A DNA stretch of 37,474 nt from Perkinsus olseni (lineage: Eukaryota). The stretch lies in NCBI GenBank assembly GCA_013115125.1, contig JABANN010000339.1, positions 1 through 37,474 of the forward strand, read 5' to 3'. The notes under the pieces are model-generated. The model was given only the letters and a program-made list of their open reading frames with translations. It was not told the DNA's origin and made no database searches. This document shows, in pieces, positions 1 through 7,726 of the stretch (positions within the stretch are counted from its first letter, which is position 1; the number at the start of each line of letters is the position of its first letter). The translations under genes and the position numbers were made by a program.

Positions 1-13
1 GTCTTTCATAAAA

Positions 14-130
14 TCAAATTGCTTTGGGGTTATACTAATTTGGTCTGGGATTTATCAAATTGCTTTGGGGTTTCACTAATTTGCTCTGGGCTTTATTAAA
101 TTGCTCTGGGGTTGTACTAAGTAGGTCTGG
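14..130. repeat. Degenerate tandem minisatellite, 41-bp period built from two ~20/21-bp subunits
   Basis: TTGCTTTGGGG/TTGCTCTGGGG at 19, 60, 101 and TTGGTCTGGG/TTGCTCTGGG at 40, 81; period is not a multiple of 3; may continue left of the window. Confidence 0.8.
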
Positions 131-567
131 AAATGGTGTAGAAAGTTGGGGAATAACTGGTAAATCCACAAGGAAGGATTTGAATCATTCGCTCTTCACA
201 GCAAAAGTTGTGCTCGGCAAAGTGAGTTAATAACTCATTCCCGCTGGTGTCCTTTGCATCTCCCGAAAAGACGAGTGTGTTGCGAATGACCGATAATATC
301 CCTTTCGGCTAGTGCGCCGTCATACACTTATTGACTGCAACCAAAAGCTGTGGCGGATAAGACCATGTACAATATCCTGTACTCCAGCAGTAGTTCGACA
401 GGCTTTAGAATTGAACTTAGAAGCTTGGACGGGCGCGCCCAACGCATAAGAATAGTGCAAGACGGGAATAAGAAAACTTGAGGAAGTCGTGGAGCATATG
501 CTCACATGATCGTACCTGCATTATGACCAAGAGCCATCGAGGTAACGTGCTAGCCGACGAGCAGCCC

Positions 568-3107
568 TTAGGTCGCGGGTTCGATCCCAACGATCGGCAT
601 CCCTTGACAGTCCACGATAGCCCTCTATCCGTTATACTACATTCCATTTCAGGTTGTTGGTCTTCCGGAGGAGGATCAGGGAATTCCTTCTCCTTATGAT
701 ACTTATCCAAGTAGCCCACAACTTTGTATTTCTTCTCGTAGTACTCCATCCAGCCGTAAACCTGATAATGCTCACGGCAATTCAACCGGAACTAATAGAT
801 ACTATGATATTACCTTCTTCCGCATTTCGGGTGTGAGATTGTAGAATTGATCCGCGTACTCGCCATTGAGGGCACTAGTGGCCAGCGGCCAAGTGATGTC
901 ACGACCGGCGAAGAAAAAATACTCGCCATCTGGCGCGTACCTACGGCAGCCTTTCTAACGATAGGGGACGGGGAATTGAATGCAACTACTTGTCGAGATT
1001 CTCCGAAACGTCGAAGACAACTCCATGCACTGAGATGAGCTTGAGCTGGGCATTGCAGTCATGAGCATGCAGGGTACCCAGAGAGATCTCACCGACCTGA
1101 GGCCAACGCTTGTTCCGGCCTTTCCCCGGGTGATACTGGAATAATAGGGACGACTACGCCGCTCCTCTGTCCACTATGATATCAACGACGCTACAGCAAT
1201 ATTCACCACCCTCAGCCCACCATCCGGGCATTACCTCCCATGGCCTACCGCCCTCCCACAAGCGCTTTCGGTAAGCCTCTTGGCGATCTTTCTCAGCCTC
1301 CAGATCTTCACCTGGTTCATCTAGCCAATAACAGACATTCTGGGAATAGTAGGACATACTTTCATTGATGTTTTTGATGACCGGACACTTGTCCTCCTTT
1401 TCTGGGTCAGTGTCTTTCACTTTTGACTCCGTACTTTCATAAGGGTTCTCGTCGTTCTGGACGTCAGTTTGCCAAAACCTGCACGCCTTCTGTCGATCAC
1501 GGGCCGCCGGAATAAGATAATTACTTTTTGAATGTGGCATCAACGCCCTTATTGTCGAGCCTCTGAGCCTCCGGCGTGGCGAAAGCACGGAAAGCGTCCG
1601 CGGCCGAAAAGAGCTTCGTTCGCGTCAAGGCTATGTCGCGTGTCTAAGCACTTCGCCCGTACTCTACAGCAGCCAAAGAGAGGCCTCACATCGAAGGTAA
1701 ACCTATCAATGTTCCTGTACAGCATTCTCATATTGTGCGCAACAGTGATGCCATCGTGTTCTCGGAACTCTCTCTGCCTAAAGGAAGAGAACCTCAGGGG
1801 CATCGCTCAAGCATTTCAGTGTAGCCATTCTACCTCTTAGCGTATTCCCTCGCTCGTGCCTCTGTCTCATCGTCATCATGACTGTCATCAGCGTCATCCA
1901 TGTAATAACCCTGCCCTATCTGCGGGTCGAGCAACTCTCGCAACGTCTTCGACACTCGCAAAATATAGTCGGTAAACCTGACTTCAGCCAGGCTCAACGG
2001 CTAATCGAAAATAATGGATGATCCGCAACACACGCCGTTCAAGAGACGATATGCAGCCCGCGCGGGTGGTAGGCCCCACGTACCGATGAATCCTGGTGTC
2101 AAGCAGTATGCCGCAGAGATAGGCGATGTCCTCTTTCGTAGGGTCCCTCACTCTCCCCAGCAACTCACTAGCCTACCATTGGCGAGCTTCCACTGACCAG
2201 GGCGACACCCACAGCCGACTACCTCCTTCCGTTGCTCGATAACGTAGTAATTTTCCGGAGCACCATACTTGATCCACTCGGCACCTCCGAGTTCCGCGAT
2301 CGCCTCGAATGCCTCGTCCTTCTTGTCGAGCTTTTCTAGTATCTTTCACCAACAACCTTAAAACTAACGCCGCACACCTTCTACCGTCCATACCGTGGCG
2401 AGGGTGAAATAGGAGTCGAATGTCGGGTTGAGAGCGATGGCTGAGCGGCAGTCGAGAGCAAGGTTGTCCGAAAATGTGCCGCCGTTTTGGCGCATGTCAA
2501 CTTTAACTTTACCTGCCATGAATTCACCAGCATGGGTACGACTCGACAACAAAGCCAAGACCAACAAAACGAGAAGAGCAATCAAATGGCAGGCGATGAC
2601 GATCGATAGAACGACGGGCAGCCGCCAATTACCCATCAACATCGAGGCGGAGCCCTTCGCTGCGCAGTCATCTCCGAAGTTAATCGAGGGGGCAGGAGCT
2701 ATACCATCCTCCTCAACCTCCCACCTGCACAGTACTTCGGTGCCCGGGCTTCGCCACCAGAACCCTACTACCGCTTGTCCGGGACACTTTCCTTCCGAGC
2801 TCCAACGACCGCCGAATAGAAGTCCAGATGGTCCTCCCCAGCTGGACTGAATTCCTCCCCGCAATCGGCTATGTACCATTTTCCATCTTCCCAATAAATG
2901 AGTCCTAGGTTAGTGCCCGGCTGAGAAAGGATATCCGTACCACCCTAGGCGGCGGACTATTATTACTTTCCGATACATAACGACTCCCTCCACGCTGGCT
3001 CGATCGGTCTTGTAGTACCGGCCGTTGGCACGAACCGTTCCCGCACCAGTTACTAATACCGCCTCCTCCTGAGGATCTATGGCAGCACTGTTGTAGGTGC
3101 GCGACAT
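568..3107 (-). CDS. Multi-exon protein with C-terminal cytochrome b5-like heme/steroid-binding (MAPR/neudesin-type) domain, internal hydrophobic segment and an unidentified N-terminal domain
   Basis: Spliced minus-strand reading gives LISVHGVVFDVSENLDK|YAPDGEYFFFAGRDITWPLA...|VYGWMEYYEKKYKVVGYL, the MAPR signature. Upstream exons from ATG 3107 (MSRTY...VLVTGAGTVRANGRYYK) join in frame through LIALLVLLVLALL. The 3' end (TAA 568-570 after a short intron, or 417) and the one-gene model are uncertain. Confidence 0.7.
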
Positions 3108-3239
3108 AAATATTCACAATTCTTGACAATACCAAATTTTCCCCACTTTCTGACCAACGCAACGCCCTCATACATAGTGTACAGGTAAATGTAACGTAGC
3201 TTGGCTGACTAGGGGGAAAGAGGAACGACTAGAGGAGAA

Positions 3240-5609
3240 TCAGTACGGGTTCGATCCGCGGCCTTGTCCCACTGAAACAATTGAGCATAAAAGGCCTAAT
3301 AACGTGGCGCGGTTACTACTGTTTCCACGAATCTGGCTAAGAGGCAAGCCCATGACTTGAGCGGCGGCCTCTTCTTCGCCCTTTTTAATCTGACGAACGA
3401 ACGAAACTCGAAAGACCATTCGATGGAAGCCTCCTCCTCCTCACCTGAACCTTCAGTCGCTTGCCAGTGTGAGTAGCGAAGCCATCCATTGTACGAACCG
3501 CTTGGACAGCACTCGGTACTTCGTTGAATGATACGAAGCCGTAACCCTTCGACTGGCTCGTCATGTTGTCGACTATGACCCTGAGAAGAACACCCAGCTT
3601 GCCGGGAACTATGATGTGGCGTTCTCAAAAGTACTTGGTGGTAGAGATGGAACCGCAAGATCCGAACTCTCTAGCAAGATCGGCGTCTCTCCACTCGGGC
3701 GGAATGTTGTAGACGAAAATGTTGGCTAAGACAAGCACGTGGTGAGCGACGCCTCGAGCTGGACTGAGCTATTCACCTCCAAGGGGGCCATTCTTCGGGT
3801 GCTGCTGTGCTCTGCCGGACTGCTGACCAGACTGTGACAAGTTCATCTGACCATACCCTCCTCCCGGTCCGAAATTACTGCTCTGCGGCGTCTGCTGGAA
3901 CCTGAGAAAATCGGCCTTTGGTTGGGACATCCCTCGAGCGGGAGGGATCCTCAAACGAACCTTACCCGCCACTCTGGGGCTGCTGCTGTTGCTGTGGAGG
4001 CGGTGGGGGCGGTCCCATGTTTTGGAACTGAGAGGCCGAGAACGCTGCCGACCGAGACATGCCCAGCACCCCAGCTCTCACCTCGAAAGGCACTTCCCAT
4101 TGCGTCTGCCCGGTCTGCGAGTTGTGGTAGTAGTAACGACCGTCAGGGTGGTTAAGGTACTCCGTCCACGGCCCAGCTCGACGAGGTTGAGCTGCTGCGG
4201 GTGGTGGTGGCTGAACCATCAACGCTGCTCATAATAACACACTGTAGTAACCTACAGGTGGCTGGTATCCGCCGGAACGGCTTTGGAACCCTTCTCGCGG
4301 TCCTCCGCCCATCTGAGGCATCCTGTCGAATCCTCCCTGATCCGAAGTGCGGAAAGATCTGTCTCCACCGCCCTGGAACCGATGAGAGTCCGTCTCCTGT
4401 TTATGCGCCAGCCTAACAGCAGTTCACAGATTCTGTTGGACTCCACTCGAAGGAAATTCCCGCCCACCTCTGCTCTCTAGTGTCGGCGCATTTGACGGTG
4501 ATCGGATGGGGCTCGGCGGGGAAGGTATATTTGTCATTCAAAGCTTCAATGGCATTGAGAGCATCGGACTTCTTAGAGTATCTCACGAAGGCCGCCTTGT
4601 TGCCGCTGGCCCTCTTCGACTCCAGACTGTAGGCCTCGGTGACGTTACCGTACCTTCCCCAGAAAACTTACTTCTCTCCAGAAAGCGGGTATCGAGTACT
4701 CACTCATCAAAAATTTGTTTAAGCTCATCGTTGCTAGTGGCCGGTGGTACCTGAACGAGAACATGAAAACCCAATCAACCCACGGAGGCACAGCACTTAC
4801 ATTGCCGACAAACAACTTCTGGGAGAATCCTTCAGTGTCGTCGGGGAGACCAAGTCTCTCGGGCTCGCCATTAGCAAACTGCACTTGAATGAAGCCACAT
4901 GCCTGACAATGAGACAAGAGATGCCACCTGTTCGGCTCGTGAGCGACTTCACACTGACGAGACACGTAACGATGATGCTCAATTGAAGCAATGACAAAGT
5001 AAATGACCTTACACAGTAACGAAGGAGGGAAGATAGAGAGATGGGTAGTACATCGTCAGCTTTATACGTTCCATTAAGAGATTTGATGGCAGTAGCGGCT
5101 TCATGGACAGCACCAAACTTAACGAATGCACAGCCTGGAGGAATACAACAACATCAACATCAAACTGGCTGCTGTGGCAGTGAACGGACAACTCGATGAT
5201 GATGACGATGCTACACTGCCAATCATGGGGTAACATAGGGCTGGTTAACAGACACTAAGGACGCTAGTGAAGGGGGTAGGGCAAAATCATCTAGTCACCG
5301 ACAAACAATCGAGCATGGCCTCGTCACGGGTGAGGCTTGGACCGGTGAGATGAGCTACCTGTCTGTTGCTTGCCGTTATCTTTGGGCCTGATCAGGCCGA
5401 CCTCCTGGACTTCGCCATACCTAAGCGAATCAAGTCATTTTGAGCTGAAGCACGTTCCCGACTGTTTTTCGATGAGATGGAAGCGTTTGCTGCTGCTGCT
5501 GCTGCTGTTAGACTTACGCCTCGAAGAGATCACGAATGTTCTGCTCTTTCCAGGAGACAGGAAGCTTGCCCACGAAAAGGCGTACTGGGATGCGGATCGA
5601 GTCTGCCAT
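3240..5609 (-). CDS. CELF/Bruno-like RNA-binding protein (RRM-RRM-WW-RRM), multi-exon
   Basis: ATG 5609 MADSIRIPVRLFVGKLP (RNP2), GCAFVKF (RNP1); IQVQFANGEPERLG..KLFVG RRM2 with AAFVRY; WW domain WTEYLNHPDGRYYYHNSQTGQTQWEVP; third RRM GPLGANIFVYNIPPEW..RGYGFVSF; ends ..SNPY* at 3240, like the CELF ..PY* terminus. Confidence 0.88.
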
Positions 5610-5751
5610 GCTGTCTTCACTGTCCTCTGCGTCGCCGATCTTCTACGTGCTGTTTTCGTGCACTTGCATGAAATCTTCTGTCGATCACGAAATCGATAAG
5701 ATGTTAGCGAGGGTACATCGGTGAGCAAAGCCAAACCACGAATCAATAACA

Positions 5752-6456
5752 ATGGTTGTCAAGGGAATCGCTAAGAAGGCCTCCAAGAAGGTCGAGAAGC
5801 AGACCTTGAAGTTCGTTGTCGACTGCGAGAAGCCCGTCAACGACAACGTCATCGATGCTGAGTCTTTGGTAAGTTGGTATGGGACTGGAGTTTGGGCTTT
5901 GGTCGTTGAGGCTATGGTTGATACTTGAATGATGAGACCTATTCTTTCCCCGTATGATCAAGATGATTATACCACAGCTGACTAATTCTTTTCTGACCGT
6001 ATCGAACCACTAGCAGCTTCCTTGAGCGAATCAAGGTTTCACTTAACTAGTTCTTAAACTGTTCTTTTTCAGGCCGAGTTCTTCCGCAACCGCATCAAGG
6101 TTGAGGGCAAGACCGGTAACCTCGGTGAGCGCGTCACTGTCGCTAAGACTGGCAAGGCCAAGATTGTCGTCACCGCCGCTGCTCCCTTCTCCAAGCGTTA
6201 CCTCAAGGTAAGCCCAGGGCCACCTTCCCTGGAATCGCCGCGCTAGTCGTGTGCGTTTTCCTAGTAGGTATGCGAAGCGCTCTAGGATCTGCGTCTGTGG
6301 TCGGTTTCTTAATTAGTGATTGCATGTTTTTGTTTTGTGTAGTACTTGACCAAGAAGTACTTGAAGAAGCAGCTCCTCCGTGATTTCTTGAGGGTTGTCG
6401 CCAGCAACAAGAACACTTACGAGCTCCGTTACTTCTCCATCAACCAGGAAGAGTAA
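5752..6456 (+). CDS. RPL22: 60S ribosomal protein L22 (eL22); exons 5752-5868, 6073-6207, 6343-6456
   Basis: Spliced translation [57 protein letters not shown]...[38 protein letters not shown] with GT-AG introns. Confidence 0.97.
5925..6000 (+). ncRNA. Intronic box C/D snoRNA in RPL22 intron 1; probable snR190/SNORD12-like guide to LSU rRNA
   Basis: Box C ATGATGA 5929-5935, box D CTGA 5993-5996; guide TTCTTTCCCCG before a D'-like ATGA is complementary to conserved LSU CGGGGAAAGAA; the D+5 rule lands on the third G of GGGG (yeast G2395 equivalent). Host intron is 204 nt versus ~50 typical. Confidence 0.8.
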
Positions 6457-6570
6457 ATGGTTCCCAAGTCGTGATCATTGGCTAGGTTGTTCCCTGCGAC
6501 CTGCTTGATTCGCGGTTGCGATCTCGGTTTTGTTGTGTGATGCGGTTGTCAATGGGAACTGTTTTGCCTG

Positions 6571-6660
6571 GATGCTAATGATGATTATTTTCATACGTTA
6601 GACTCTGACGCCACGCGCGTGAAGAGAAAACCATTGGAATTCTGCAAATCTGAATGCATC
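6571..6660 (+). ncRNA. Box C/D snoRNA with two guides (5.8S and LSU)
   Basis: Terminal stem GATGC/GCATC; C ATGATGA 6578-6584; D' CTGA 6605-6608; C' GTGAAGA 6619-6625; D CTGA 6650-6653. D guide GGAATTCTGCAA(AT) is complementary to 5.8S TTGCAGAATTCC (Gm75-equivalent site); D' guide CGTTAGACT is complementary to LSU AGTCTAACG. Confidence 0.9.
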
Positions 6661-6672
6661 TAATGAAACCCT

Positions 6673-6757
6673 TGTTGAAGTGATGCGATAAGACATATTC
6701 TTCTTTCCACAGACTAACTGTGAAGAATCGAATCGCTGACTCACCGTCTGATCAGCA
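6673..6757 (+). ncRNA. Box C/D snoRNA (paralog A) with guide to LSU GGAAAGAAGA
   Basis: Stem TGTTGA/TCAGCA; variant C GTGATGC 6680-6686; D' CAGA 6710-6713; C' GTGAAGA 6720-6726; D CTGA 6748-6751; guide TCTTCTTTCC. Confidence 0.8.
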
Positions 6758-6767
6758 CTTTTGCTGC

Positions 6768-6851
6768 CGATGAGATGATGCGAAATAATCTTCTTTCCAC
6801 AGATCCATGTGAAGAAGTTATTCGCTGACTATTCTCTGGCTGATCTCATCG
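6768..6851 (+). ncRNA. Box C/D snoRNA (paralog B), diverged tandem duplicate of the preceding one
   Basis: Stem CGATGAG(A)/TCTCATCG; variant C ATGATGC 6775-6781; D' CAGA 6800-6803; C' GTGAAGA 6809-6815; D CTGA 6840-6843; shares TCTTCTTTCCACAGA and TCGCTGACT with paralog A. Confidence 0.82.
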
Positions 6852-6856
6852 TTAAT

Positions 6857-6928
6857 GGGAATGATGAAGATATTTTCTGTGAGCAAACAAGCATGATAAT
6901 CTCAAACAACTTTAATATACTCTGACCT
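6857..6928 (+). ncRNA. Box C/D snoRNA with SSU rRNA guide
   Basis: C ATGATGA 6861-6867, D CTGA 6922-6925; 16-nt guide AACAACTTTAATATAC is complementary to conserved 18S GTATATTAAAGTTGTT. Confidence 0.88.
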
Positions 6929-6942
6929 TCAATGTAATGATA

Positions 6943-7023
6943 ATGCCAATGATGATCTAAATCAATTATCACATACGTTAGAACGGATTGTAAGTGATTG
7001 ATAACTTCCTATTACTGAGGCAT
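6943..7023 (+). ncRNA. Box C/D snoRNA with LSU guide overlapping that of 6571-6660
   Basis: Stem ATGCC/GGCAT; C ATGATGA 6949-6955; D CTGA 7015-7018; internal CATACGTTAGA identical to the guide in the first cluster member; C'-like GTGATTG. Confidence 0.8.
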
Positions 7024-7037
7024 ATTGTCTGTTGAAG

Positions 7038-7162
7038 CATCGTCGGGAGGACCCAGTGTGTAGTCCCTTTGGGTTCTAAGTGAGGTGGACACGATTTGCA
7101 GACGGGAAGAACCAGCCCTCGCAAAGGGAAGTCTGTGAGCGAAGTTAGCCGTCACTACACCG
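7038..7162 (+). ncRNA. Candidate box H/ACA snoRNA
   Basis: Hairpin AGGACCCA 7048-7055/TGGGTTCT 7070-7077; ANANNA box ACACGA 7089-7094; second hairpin GACGG 7101-7105/CCGTC 7149-7153 with upper stem CTCGCA/TGTGAG; ACA 7157-7159; abuts the C/D cluster. Confidence 0.5.
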
Positions 7163-7600
7163 CGACAGCCACGTGTCGACATACATCTCAATACGGTTGT
7201 AGAGAAGTGTCATTCGCAAACGAAGGTTCCAGTCGTATGAAGCGATGGTTGCAGCGGAGAGTTGTGGAAACAACGCAGAGATAGAGAGTGACAACGAGAA
7301 TTTGTTCTCCCCGCGATGAATTCGATCGCACAACCTACACCGCATCGCAACGCAACGTGGCTCGGTACGTTCTCAAAATCAAAATCATGCCCGAGGTAAA
7401 TGCTTGCAGGGAATATCTTACAAGAACACTATCCTTGCCCGTCCCGTGAGATGCACACGGAACGTTGACCGGAGCCTTCCCGGAAGTGTCCTTGTCGTAA
7501 GTCAACGAGATTGGCATCTTTCCTTTGATTCCGGCCAGAGACTAGTCAATAGCCTGAAGGCTGAACACCCCTGAAGAGATCTGACAACGCAACAGCACAG

Positions 7601-7624
7601 TTGTTGTTTGTTGTTGTTGTTGTT
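7601..7624. repeat. Short (TTG)n microsatellite
   Basis: ttgttgtttgttgttgttgttgtt. Confidence 0.7.
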
Positions 7625-7726
7625 CCGACGTAATTTACAATGATACAGCTTAAGCTTCAAATATCGTAGTACCATTATTAAATGAGTCAATGACAAAAGA
7701 TATCATAGCTTGCATCACTACGAGTA

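Noticed and set aside
553-599. tRNA-like T-arm GGTCGCGGGTTCGATCCC
   Set aside because: No D-arm or anticodon arm can be built; it overlaps the probable last exon of the minus-strand gene.
3246-3262. B-box-like GGGTTCGATCC
   Set aside because: It is the antisense of the CELF C-terminal codons (GSNPY).
6680-6850. Repeated blocks suggestive of a CRISPR-like array
   Set aside because: Eukaryotic context, only two copies, explained as duplicated snoRNAs.
7126-7137. GGGAAGTCTGTG resembling RNase P CR-I
   Set aside because: No proper CR-V/P4 partner at a plausible distance; better explained as part of the candidate H/ACA hairpin.
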